DNA of 64,000 bases from an uncultured beta proteobacterium (GTDB lineage Bacteria > Pseudomonadota > Gammaproteobacteria > Burkholderiales > Burkholderiaceae_C): the NCBI GenBank assembly GCA_963827645.1, contig CAWHBZ010000010.1, positions 28,325-92,324 of the forward strand, given 5' to 3'. The notes under the pieces are model-generated. The model was not told the origin of the DNA. It made no database searches and was given only the letters and a program-made list of their open reading frames with translations. Positions 40,204-49,911 of the stretch are shown piece after piece (within the stretch, counting starts at the first letter, position 1; each line of letters opens with the position of its first letter). Both the position numbers and the translations under genes were made by a program.

Positions 40204-41490
40204 TCACGCGGCGCGCTTCCCCAGGCCCGCTCGGCCGCGATGTCGGGCTGCTTGGCGAACACGCCGTCCTTCATCACCGCGAGCAAACGTTTCGGGTCGC
40301 GCAGGATCGCGAGGTTGGCCATCGGGTCGCCATCGACCAGCAGCAGGTCGGCGAGGTAAGCCTTCCTTGATCTGCCCCAGCTCGCCCGGCTTCATCATGA
40401 TCTGGCCGCCGTACAGCGTGGCGCAGCGGATCGCCTCGCCCGGCGTGAAGCCCAGGTACTTGACGAAGAACTCGAGGTCGCGCGCGTTCTGGCAGTGCGG
40501 CGTCATCGCGAAGCCGTAGTCACCGCCGAACAGGATGCGCACGCCGCGCTTGTGCATCGCCTTCAGCGATTCGACGGCGTGATCCCACTCGTGCTGGTAG
40601 CCCATGGCCACCGCCTGGGCGTGCGTGACGCCCCACTGCTCGGCCTCGTGCAGCATCGCGTACAGGATCGCGATGCCCGGCGCGACGAACACGCGGTCGC
40701 GCGCGGCTTCGAGCATGTCGAGCGTCTCGTCGTCGGTGTAGCTGGCGTGGTAGATCACGTCGATGCCGTGGCGCAGCGCCTGCTTGACGCTGGCCGCCGA
40801 GCGCGCGTGCGCGGTGCCGCGCTTGCCGCGCATGCGCACCTCTTCCATCGCGGCGGCCACCTCGGCATCGGTCATCCAGTTGGTGTCGGCCGGCGACTGC
40901 GGCGTGAAGTTGTCGCCCGACAGGTTGAGCTTGATCGAATCGACGCCGTACTTGAGAAACAGGCGCACGGCCTTGCGCATCTCTTCGGCGCCGCTGACGT
41001 TGACGCCGAAGCTGAACTCGGGAAACGGCAGGTGCGGCAACGTCTCGTCGCCGAGCGCCCCCAGCACCGTGATCTCCTGGCTGGCGGCGAGGTAACGCGG
41101 GCCCGGGATCTGCCCGGCATCGATGGCGTTGCGGATCACCACGTCGAGCCGCGGCTTGGCGCACGCGGCGCCGACGCACGACGTGAAGCCCGCTTCCAGA
41201 TAGCGCCTGGCGACCTTGGCGCACCACAACACGTGCTCTTCGAGCGGCATCGTCTGGATGCCGGCCAGCGTGGCCGCGTCGTTCCACGAGAAGTGCGTGT
41301 GGGCCTCGCACATGCCGGGCATCAGCGTGGCGCCGGCGCCGTCGATGATCGTGGCACCGGCCGGCGAGATCGCCGCGTTGCTGCGCCCGACCGCCTTGAT
41401 GCGGTTGCCCTGCACCAGCACGCTGCCGGGCACCGGGTTGCCGCCGCTGCCGTCGAGGATGCGCACGTTGGTGAACAGCGTATTGGCCAT
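40204..41490 (-). CDS. amidohydrolase-family metallo-hydrolase (paralogue 1), C-terminal frameshift
   Basis: MANTLFTNVRILDGSGGNPVPGSVLVQGNRIKAVG..IDGAGATLMPGMCEAHTHFSWND..PRLDVVIRNAIDAGQIPGPRYLAAS.. About 55% identical to the next gene. Confidence 0.8.
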   Translation of the reverse strand: MANTLFTNVRILDGSGGNPVPGSVLVQGNRIKAVGRSNAAISPAGATIIDGAGATLMPGMCEAHTHFSWNDAATLAGIQTMPLEEHVLWCAKVARRYLEAGFTSCVGAACAKPRLDVVIRNAIDAGQIPGPRYLAASQEITVLGALGDETLPHLPFPEFSFGVNVSGAEEMRKAVRLFLKYGVDSIKLNLSGDNFTPQSPADTNWMTDAEVAAAMEEVRMRGKRGTAHARSAASVKQALRHGIDVIYHASYTDDETLDMLEAARDRVFVAPGIAILYAMLHEAEQWGVTHAQAVAMGYQHEWDHAVESLKAMHKRGVRILFGGDYGFAMTPHCQNARDLEFFVKYLGFTPGEAIRCATLYGGQIMMKPGELGQIKEGLPRRPAAGRWRPDGQPRDPARPETFARGDEGRRVRQAARHRGRAGLGKRAA

Positions 41491-41500
41491 CGTCGTCTCC

Positions 41501-42802
41501 TCAGGCGGCCCAGCGTGTAGCCGTTGTCGTGCGTGACGCGGCGCGCACCGGCGGCGCGCGGTGGAACTCGCCGTCCTTCATCACCGCGAGGATGCGGTTC
41601 TTGTCCTGCAGCACCGTGATGTCGGCCAGCGGGTCGCCATCGATCAGCAGGATGTCGGCCAGGCAGCCTTCGCGGATGTAGCCGAGCTGCTTGCCCATCT
41701 TCATCATCGGCCCGCCCCACGCGGTGGCCGACAGCAGCGCCTCCATCGTGCTCATGCCGACGTGCTTGACGAAGTACTCCAGGTCCTTCGCATTGGTGCC
41801 GTGCGGCGTCCACGCGAAGCCGTAGTCGCCGCCGGGCAGGATGCGGATGCCGCGCTTGCGCATCGCCTTCATGCTCTCGATCGCGCATTCGAGCTCGCGG
41901 TGGTAGCCCATCTTGCGCGTCACTTCGGGCGTGAGGCCCCACTGCGACGCGTGGTGGCAGGTGTTGATCAGCCACGCCAGGCCGGGGGCGACGAAGTGCT
42001 CGAACTTGTGCTGCTCCAGCAGGTCGAGCGCCTCCTCGTCGGCGAAGCTGGCGTGGTAGATCACCTCGATGCCCTGCTTGACGCATTGCTTGATCGACCA
42101 GGTCGAGCGCGCGTGCGCGGCAACGCGCTTGCCCCAGGCCTTGGCCTCCTGCACGCAGACGGTGATCTCCTCTTCGGTGAACTGGCTGGCCTCGCTGGGC
42201 ATGCCGGTGATCGATTCGCCGGACAGGTTGATCTTCAGCGTGTCGACCCCGTACTTGGCGAACATGCGCACGCAGCGCCGCATCTCGTGCGGGCCGCTGA
42301 CGATGGCGCCGAATGCGAACTCGGGTTGCGGCAGATGCGGCTGCGTGGTGTCGCCCAGGCCGCCGGGCACCGTGATCTCCTGGCTCGCCGCCAGGTATCG
42401 CGGCCCGATGATGGTGCCGTCGTTGATCGCGTTGCGGATCACCACGTCGAGCCGCGGCTTGGCGGCCGCGGCGCCGACGCAGCTGGTCCAGCCCATGTCG
42501 AGGTAGCGCTTGGCGACCTCGGCGCACCACAGGATGTGCTCTTCCGGCGGCATGCGCTGGATCGCATCGAGGCTCGGCTGGTCGTTCCACGAGAAGTGCG
42601 TGTGCGCCTCGACCATGCCGGGCATCAGGAAGGCGCCGGCGCCGTCGATCATCTGCGCGCCGGCGATCGGCTGGCTGCGCTGGCCATAGCCGGTCTTGAC
42701 GACGCGGCTGATCTTGTTGCCCTGCACCAGCACGTCGCCGGTGAACGGCGCTTCGCCACCGCCGTCGAAGACCCGCACGTTGGTGAAGAGAACGTCGGCC
42801 AT
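41501..42802 (-). CDS. amidohydrolase-family metallo-hydrolase (paralogue 2, intact)
   Basis: MADVLFTNVRVFDGGGEAPFTGDVLVQGNKISRVV..IDGAGAFLMPGMVEAHTHFSWND..PRLDVVIRNAINDGTIIGPRYLAAS..HARS..ILPGGDYGF... Confidence 0.85.
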   Translation of the reverse strand: MADVLFTNVRVFDGGGEAPFTGDVLVQGNKISRVVKTGYGQRSQPIAGAQMIDGAGAFLMPGMVEAHTHFSWNDQPSLDAIQRMPPEEHILWCAEVAKRYLDMGWTSCVGAAAAKPRLDVVIRNAINDGTIIGPRYLAASQEITVPGGLGDTTQPHLPQPEFAFGAIVSGPHEMRRCVRMFAKYGVDTLKINLSGESITGMPSEASQFTEEEITVCVQEAKAWGKRVAAHARSTWSIKQCVKQGIEVIYHASFADEEALDLLEQHKFEHFVAPGLAWLINTCHHASQWGLTPEVTRKMGYHRELECAIESMKAMRKRGIRILPGGDYGFAWTPHGTNAKDLEYFVKHVGMSTMEALLSATAWGGPMMKMGKQLGYIREGCLADILLIDGDPLADITVLQDKNRILAVMKDGEFHRAPPVRAASRTTTATRWAA

Positions 42803-42842
42803 GTCAGTTGCTCCTGTCCTGTGCACTGCTGAGACCGAGCGG

Positions 42843-43380
42843 GGCAAAGCCGCGGGCGGGTATGCGCCGGCGCTCGAATGCGGCAGCCCCTCGCTGCGCG
42901 ACGGGTGCCCTGCGCTGCTCGGTCTCGTGGCCCGCCGAGAAACTCGCTATCGCTCGCTTCGGTCGCTGCGCTCAGACAATCTCGGCGAGTCAGAGGACGA
43001 AGCGCGCGCTGCGCGCGCGCGGCCACGAAGCTCCTGCGCTCGCTCGGCGCCGCACGATGTCGCTGCCGTCGCACACCCACCCACGGCTTTGCCGGCACCA
43101 CCGTGGCATGCGTCGTCGAACAGCAACGAGCGTTGCTGCGCGGTGGGCGGTGCCCGGTGGGGGCGACTTGTGGGGCGGCGAGAAGCGCAGGGCCGGGGTC
43201 GGCGCGCGCGAGCGCGCGCTTCCACTTCTGACTCGCGGCGATTGTCCGAGCGGAACGACCGCAGGGAGTGAAGCGAGTTTCGCCGCGCGACCCCGGCCCG
43301 AGCATCGCAGCGGAGTCGGCCTGCAAGGCCGACCGCCACAGTCAGGAGCCCCTGCCGGGTACCGCCCGCCGCGCCGCGCC
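42843..43380. mobile_element. MITE-like palindromic repeat element, copy B (~538 bp)
   Basis: Colinear and ~90% identical with 9909..10436 in the same orientation. Sits between the amidohydrolase start and the alpha/beta-hydrolase stop. Confidence 0.7.
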
Positions 43381-43408
43381 CACACCTCGCGCAAAGAGAA
43401 CATCCACA

Positions 43409-44206
43409 TCACCGCTGCGCCTCCAAGAACCCGCGCAACTCGCGCGCGCACTCCTCGGGCCGCTCCACCGGCGTCCAGTGGCCGCAGCTGCGGCAGCACC
43501 ACGACGCGCACCGAGCGCGCGCGGTGCAGCTTCTCGGCCATCGCGCGCACCGCCTGCGGCGGCGCGACGACGTCTTCGTCGCCGGTGACCAGCAGCACCG
43601 GCGCCTCGATCTGTTCCACCGCCGCTGCCGGCGCATCGGCCAGCGCGAAGCAGCTGCGCGCATAGCCATCGGGGTCCTGCCGCATCAGGCTCTCGCGCAC
43701 GAAGGCCACCGCCAGCGGCAGCCGCGTGCGGGTGTCGGCCGAGATCGACGCGTTGAGCAGCGCCAGCGTGATCTCGTGCATGCCGGCCGCGCCCTCGTGC
43801 TTCGCCTTCTCTCCGCGCGCGCGGATCGCGCTGCGCGCCGCATCGGGCGGCACGATCAGCGGGCCGAACAGCGCCAGGCTCGCCACCAGCTTGGGCGCGG
43901 CCACCGCCACGTGCTGCAGCACGATGTTGCCCATCGAGTGGCCGACCATGTGGGCGCGGCTGACGTTCAAGCCGCGCGCACGTCGACATCACGCAGCTCG
44001 GCATAACGCGCCATCGACAGCGGCCCCTCGGCGCGGTGCGAGCGGCCGCTGCCGGGCAGATCGATGCGCACCACGCGGTGCCGCGCCAGCGCCGGCATCA
44101 GCGGCGTGAAGGTGTTGGAGCTGCCGCCCAGCCCGTGCACGCAGACGACAGCAGGCCCCTCGCCTTCGTCTTCGACCGCGCAACGCTCGATGAATGTCAA
44201 TGCCAT
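43409..44206 (-). CDS. alpha/beta-fold hydrolase, multiple frameshifts
   Basis: MALTFIERCAVEDEGEGPAVVCVHGLGGSSNTFTPLMPALARHRVVRIDLPGSGRS.., nucleophile elbow in ..AHMVGHSMGNIVLQHVA.., C-terminal ..CGHWTPVERPEECARELRGFLEAQR*. Confidence 0.75.
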
Positions 44207-44214
44207 GGCGTTGC

Positions 44215-45096
44215 CTATTCGAACCGGTTCTCGATCGCCCCGATGCCGTCGATCTCGATGCGCACCACGTCGCCCGGGCCCAGCCATTTTGGTGGCGAGA
44301 AACCCATGCCGACGCCGGCCGGCGTGCCGGTGGCGATGATGTCGCCGGGCAGCAGCGTGATGCCGCGCGACAGGGTCTCGATCAGCGTCGGGATGTCGAA
44401 GATCATGTCGCGCGTCATTGCGCTCTGCCGCAGCTCGGGCGCGCCGCCGGCCGGCGTGACCCAGCCGCGCACGCGCGTGTCGCGGCCGTCGAGCTCGTCG
44501 GCGGTCACGATCCATGGGCCCATCGGGCAGAAGGTGTCGCAGTTCTTGCCGAGCAGCCACTGCTGGTGGCGCACCTGCACGTCGCGCGCGCTGACATCGT
44601 TGACGATGGTGTAGCCGAGCACGTGGTCCATCGCGCGCGCCTTCGTGATGTCGCGCCCGCCGCGGCCGACGATCACCGCCAGCTCGCTCTCGTAGTCGAT
44701 CTGCTCGGAGACCGCCTTGCCCGGCAGCCGCACGGTGTCGTGCGGGCCGATCACGGTCTCCGGGAACTTGCTGAACACCATCGGCCACTGGTGCTCCTTG
44801 GGCAGGCTGTCGCGGAACACGCTGCCCGACAGCTCTTGCGCGTGCGAGTGGTAGTTGCGGCCCACGCACCACAGGTTGCGCCGCGGGCGCGGAATCGGCG
44901 CGCGCAGCGTGATCGCATCCACCGCCACCCGCGGGCCGGTGGCCGCTGGCAGCGCCTCGCCCAGCGCGAGCGCCTCGATCAAGCGCAGCGCCGCGCCGCC
45001 GGCATAGTCCACCAGCAGCGGCGTGGCCTCGCGACCATCGGCCGACACGGTGCCCACATGCTGACGGCCGCCCCAGCTCCAGCTGGCGATGCGCAT
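44215..45096 (-). CDS. fumarylacetoacetate hydrolase (FAH) family protein (intact)
   Basis: MRIASWSWGGRQHVGTVSADG.. ..NLWCVGRNYHSHAQE.. ..IDYESELAVIVGRGGRDI.. ..GYTIVNDVSARDVQ..GKNCDTFCPMGPWIVT.. ..GDIIATGTPAGVG... Confidence 0.85.
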   Translation of the reverse strand: MRIASWSWGGRQHVGTVSADGREATPLLVDYAGGAALRLIEALALGEALPAATGPRVAVDAITLRAPIPRPRRNLWCVGRNYHSHAQELSGSVFRDSLPKEHQWPMVFSKFPETVIGPHDTVRLPGKAVSEQIDYESELAVIVGRGGRDITKARAMDHVLGYTIVNDVSARDVQVRHQQWLLGKNCDTFCPMGPWIVTADELDGRDTRVRGWVTPAGGAPELRQSAMTRDMIFDIPTLIETLSRGITLLPGDIIATGTPAGVGMGFSPPKWLGPGDVVRIEIDGIGAIENRFE

Positions 45097-45192
45097 GCTG
45101 CTGTCTCCGTGGTGCCCCGCAGTCGGGCCGGGCTTCGAGGCCGCCTCGCCGCAGGATCGGGGATTGAACTCCGACGCGATCTCGATCAAGAA

Positions 45193-45208
45193 TGAGACGT
45201 GCGTCTCA
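45193..45208. promoter_or_regulatory. inverted repeat TGAGACG-tg-CGTCTCA in the FAH/TetR divergent intergenic region, candidate TetR operator
   Basis: 7-bp perfect arms separated by 2 bp. Lies ~80 bp upstream of the TetR start and ~100 bp upstream of the FAH start. Confidence 0.4.
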
Positions 45209-45288
45209 ATTCGGGATCGGCGCATCATACGGTCGCCTGCGCGACAGCCGCAACCCAAAACACAACGGCACACGCCCGGACTTACCCG

Positions 45289-45975
45289 CATGGCGAAGCT
45301 GAAGCTCAAGCTCACCGAGCCGCCCCGGCCGCCCGAGCGCGGCGTGCGCGCGGCCACCTTCCGGCTGCTGCTGGACACCGCCATCGAGATCATCCGCGAG
45401 GCCGGCCACGTGCCGTCGGTGGCCGAGGTGGCGGTGCGCTCGCAGGTGTCGCGCGCCACCGCCTACCGCTACTTTCCGAGCCGCAGCGTGCTGATCACCG
45501 CGGTGATCGACAGTTCGCTCGGTCCCGGTGCGCAGCTTCCGCACGCGCGCCACCGACGGCCGCGAGCGCGTGCGCGAGCTGTTTCGGCAGACCTTTCCGC
45601 GCTTCAAGGAGTTCGAAGCGCAAATGCGCGCGGCGCTGCAGCTCGCGCTGGAGCAGTGGGCGCTCGAGCGCGCCGGCCTGCTCGAAGAAGAGCCCTACCG
45701 GCGCGGCCACCGCGTGCGCATCCTGCAAGACGCCATCGCGCCGCTGGCCACCGACATGCCGGCTGCGGTGCGCGACCGCCTGCACCACGCGCTGTCGGTG
45801 ATCTACGGCATCGAGCCGTGGGTGGTGCTGAAAGACATCTGGGGCCTGCCCGACCGCGAGGTCGAACGGGTCGCGCTGTGGATGGCCGATGCGCTGATCG
45901 ACGCGGCGCTGCGCGAGGCGCAGCAACGGCACGCTCGCCGCGGGTCAAGCGATGACCCGCGCGCGCCGCGGCCGC
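45289..45975 (+). CDS. TetR/AcrR-family transcriptional regulator, 3' end approximate (no in-frame stop, frameshift inferred)
   Basis: MAKLKLKLTEPPRPPERGVRAATFRLLLDTAIEIIREAGHVPSVAEVAVRSQVSRATAYRYFPSRSVLITAVI.. (HTH), then a ligand-binding-domain-like continuation in frame 45528. Confidence 0.7.
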
Positions 45976-46020
45976 TGAGCAAGACCCGGCGGCGTGCGGC
46001 CACGGCAGAATCACCGGCCG

Positions 46021-49000
46021 ATGGATCCACCCGGGGCGACGACCCGCATTCACATCCTCGGCGCGCCGCTGGTGGTGAAGGACGGCGCGCCGCAGCGCCT
46101 GCCGATCAAGAAGTCGATCGCGCTGCTCGCCGTGCTGGCCATCGAGGGCGCATGCACGCGCGCCAAGCTGGCCACGCTTGTTGTGGGACACGCTCGATGA
46201 CGAGGCCGCGCGGCGCAACCTGCGCCGCGAGTTGCACCGTCTGCGCGAGGCCGGCCTGCACGATGCGCTGGCCAGCAGCGACGACCAGGTGGCGCTGGCC
46301 CGCCACGTCGGCAGCGATGCCGGCGAGTTCGCGGCCGCGTTGGCGCGCGACGATCTCGAGGCCGCGGTGCGCCTGCACGCAGCGCCACTGCTCGATGGCT
46401 TCGACCTCGGCGAGTCGGAGAGCTTCAACGATTGGCTGGCCGCGGCGCGCGAGCGACTGGCGCGGCAGTGGCGCCAGGCGGCGGCCACCCAGGCGATGCG
46501 GCTCGAAGCCGCCGGCGACGTGCGCGCCGCGCTGCAGGTGCGCGACCGCCTGATCGCCGACGACCCGCTGCAGGAGTCGCAGGTGGTCGACGCGATGCGG
46601 CTGCACGCCACGCTCGGCGACCGCGCTGCCGCACTCGACCGCTTCGAGCGCTTGCGCAGCACGCTGCGCCGCGAGCTGGGCCTGGAGCCGCTGCCGCAGA
46701 CCGCCGCCTTTGCCGAGCGCATCCGCGCCGCCGAGCAATTGGCGCCGCTGGTGGCGCGCGGCGGCTCGGCCGGGCTGGCCCGCTTCGAGCCGCCGCTGAT
46801 CGCGCGCGAAGCCGAGCTGCAGCGGCTGCGCGAGAGCACCGCTGCGCTGACCTTGATCGTCGGCGAGCCGGGAGTGGGCAAGACGCGGCTGGCCGATGCG
46901 GCCACCGCCGACGCGCCCGCGCGCATGGTGCTGCGCATCGATGCGCTGGCGCGCGGCGCGCCGCTGCAGGCGGTGGCGGCGGCCTTGCGCCGCGCCCACG
47001 ATGAGCCGGCGGCGCGGCAACGCCTCGCTGCATTGCCGAGCGCCACGCAGCGCGAGCTGGCGCGGCTGCTGCCGGACATCGTCGGCGCCGGCGCGGGGGC
47101 AGCGACGATGCCGATCGCCGGCATTGCGCAGCCGCTTCTTCGACGCGCTCACCACCGCCTGGCGCGCCGCCGCCGACGGCGCCGCGATCTGGATCGACGA
47201 CCTGCACTGGGCCGACGACGCCACGCTCGAGTTGATCGAAGCGCTGGTGCACCGCATCGGCCGCGAGCGCGCCGCGGCCGGCGGCGCCCAGCGGTCGTGG
47301 CCGCGGCTGGTGGCGACGGCGCGCCGCCACGAACTCGCCGACCATGCGCCGCGCGCGCGAGGCGCTGCGCCGGCTCGAGCGCGCGCGGGCTGGTCGAGCG
47401 CATCGAGCTGCAGCCGCTTCGACCCCGGCGCCGACGCTGCAACTGGTGCGCACGTTGTCGGGTTCGCCGCGGGGTGCCAAGTTCGCCGAGCGGCTGCAGC
47501 GCGCGACCCAGGGCAACCCGTACTTCCTGCTGGAGACGCTGCGTTTCCTGTTCGACAGCGGCGAGCTCACGATCGACGCCCATGGCGCGTGGACCACGCG
47601 TTACGACGACGACACCGCCGACTATGCCGAGCTGCCGGTGCCGCCGACCGTGCAGCAGGCGATCGTCGAGCGCGTCGAGCGGCTCGGCCCGGCCGCGCAG
47701 CGCGTGCTCGAGACCGCGGCGCTGGCCGGCGACCCGTTCACGCTCGACGACGTGCAAGGCGCCACCGCGTTGTCCGAGTGGGAGGCGGTCGATGGCCTCG
47801 AGCGTGCGGCGCGTGGCGCAGGTGCTGGCCGCGGCGGCCGTCGCGCCGCGCAGCGCCTACCGCTTCGCGCACGACCTCGCGCGCCAGGCCCTCGAGCAGC
47901 GCCTGGGCGGCGAGCGCCGGCGCCTGATCCACCGGCGGCTGGCGGCGTCGATCGAAGCGCAGCGCGGCCGCCCCGACCGCATCGCGCACCATCTGCAAAG
48001 CGCCGGCGACGTGGCCGCCGCGGTGCCTTGGTGGTGGGCCGCTGCGCGCGCCGCCGAGCGCCTGTTCGCATGGCGCGAGGCACTCGCGCACTACCGTGCG
48101 GCGCTGGCGGCGGACAGCGACGTCGCGCGCCGCGTCGCCGCGCACCGCGCCTGTTATCTGCTGCACAAGCATCTGTACGCGACCCACGACATCCTGGCCG
48201 AGGCCGACGCGCTGCAGGCGCTGGCGCCGCGGCACGCGGCCGAGCCGCTGGCGCTCGAAGCGCTGCTGTGGCGCATCCGCGCGCACAACCTGGCGGAGCA
48301 CTTCGCACCGGCAGTCGCCGCCGCCGATGAGGCAATGGCGTTGCTCGGCCCTGCGACACCGCCGGCGTTGCGCCACGAGCTCAACCTGGCGATCGCGCAG
48401 ACGCGCCACGGCCTGGGCGAACTCGACGAGGCGGCGACGCGGCTCGACGCCGAGGCCGCGCACGGCAACGCGCTCGACGCGCCGCAGCGGCTGGAGCTGC
48501 ACCTGCAGCGCGCCAGCCTGGGCATGACGCGCGGCGACCTCGAGAGCGTGCACGCCGACGCACTCGAGGCGATGCAGCTGGCGCAGGCGCTGCACCGCAT
48601 CGACATGCACGGGCAGGCCGCCAACGTCATGGCCTACGTGCTGCACCTGCGGGGCGACACCGCCGCCGCGCTGGCCACGCTGACCGCTGCGCAGACACAG
48701 GCCGAACACAGCGCACTGGTCACCGTGCAGCGCTCGCTGCTGACCAACCTGGTCAAGCTGCACGTCGTGCTCGGCCACGGTGACGCGGCACGCCGGCGGC
48801 TGCAGCAGGCGATGCAGCTGTTCGCCGACGTCGACGACCCGTCGACACACGCGCGGCTGCGCAGCCGCGAGGTCGAGGTGGCCCTGCTCAACGGCGACAT
48901 CGGCGCCGCGTTGCGCGCCGCGCGCGCCGCGGTGGCGTTGCTCGAGGGCATCGGCAGCGCGGCCGGCACGTTCTGGCCGTGGTACCAACTGGCGCGCCTG

Positions 49001-49575
49001 CTGTGGCAGTGCGGCGACAGCGCGGCTGCGGTGGCGGTGTACGAAGCGCTGCCGCGTTCACCGGCCTGGAGCGAACTGGCGCGCCCGGCGGTGGACTTCT
49101 TCAGTCAGGCGTTTCGGCTGCCGCACGATGCCACAGCCGTGGCCGGTGCACTCGAGGCCTTGCCGCACGAGGGCCCTCACAGCCACTACGACGCACGCGA
49201 CAGCGGCTACTGGCGCGCGCTGGCCTGGCTGCACGCCGGCGCGGCGCGAGCGGCCTGGGCGCTGGCCGAGCCGCTGCAGGCGCCACCCTTCACATTGCAC
49301 CCCGCCGCCGTGCTGGCCCTGCGTCTGCGCACCGCGTGCGCCGCCGGCGTCAACACCGCGGCGCTGGTGGCGGCCGCAAGTGACGCGCTGCCGCAGGCGT
49401 TGCCGTTGGAGGCTGTCGAACTGCTGGCCGCGTTGGGCCGGCGCTGGCCGATGGCGGCGACGCGGCCCTGAAGGCCGAGGCGCGCGCGCGTTTGCACGCG
49501 CTGGCCGCCACCGTCGACGACGCCGCGCTGCGCGATCGTTTCGTGGCCCGCCACGACGCGTTGATCGGCGGCTGA
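46021..49575 (+). CDS. AfsR/SARP-family STAND regulator: N-terminal winged-helix plus BTAD, central NB-ARC-like P-loop NTPase, C-terminal TPR region (~1180 aa), frameshifted
   Basis: MDPPGATTRIHILGAPLVVKDGAPQRLPIKKSIALLAVLAIEG.. ..RRELHRLREAGLHD.. BTAD ..RLHATLGDRAAALDRFERLRSTLRRELGLEPLPQTAAFAERI. P-loop LTLIVGEPGVGKTRLAD. ..IWIDDLHWADDATLELIEAL.. Long TPR-like C-terminus. Last ~40 aa lie in another frame and end near 49575. Confidence 0.75.
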
Positions 49576-49613
49576 CCCCCCGGTTTCGGCGGGTCGCGCG
49601 ACGGCGCCCAAGC

Positions 49614-49634
49614 GCCGCAACGCTGCCGCAACGC
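49614..49634 (+). promoter_or_regulatory. tandem 11-bp direct repeat GCCGCAACGCt GCCGCAACGCc just downstream of the AfsR-like regulator and upstream of the small ORF and lipoprotein genes
   Basis: Seen at 49614..49634. It is 39 bp after the regulator stop and ~55 bp before the ATG at 49690. The 11-bp periodicity is typical of SARP/OmpR-type sites. Confidence 0.45.
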
Positions 49635-49689
49635 CCCCTCGCGCTCAATCGCGGCCAACCCGGATTTGCACGCCGGGAGCGAGGTGCAC

Positions 49690-49893
49690 ATGAACGACGA
49701 CGCCACCCCCGAAACGCCGGCGCGCGTGCGCCTGCAGATCGAACTGCAGCCCGAAACCGCCACGCAACGCTGGCACGCCGTCGTGCGCGACAGCGACGGC
49801 CGCACCACCTTCGTTTCCGACAGCCCACTCGCACTGGTGCGCCACCTGGCGCAGTGGAGTTGCCACGAACCCCATGCGCACGGATTGCGCTGA
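49690..49893 (+). CDS. hypothetical small protein (67 aa)
   Basis: MNDDATPETPARVRLQIELQPETATQRWHAVVRDSDGRTTFVSDSPLALVRHLAQWSCHEPHAHGLR*. A possible alternative start lies at 49666. AGGT/GGAG-like RBS upstream. Confidence 0.4.
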   Translation: MNDDATPETPARVRLQIELQPETATQRWHAVVRDSDGRTTFVSDSPLALVRHLAQWSCHEPHAHGLR

Positions 49894-49911
49894 CCCGAAC
49901 GGGAGAACCGC

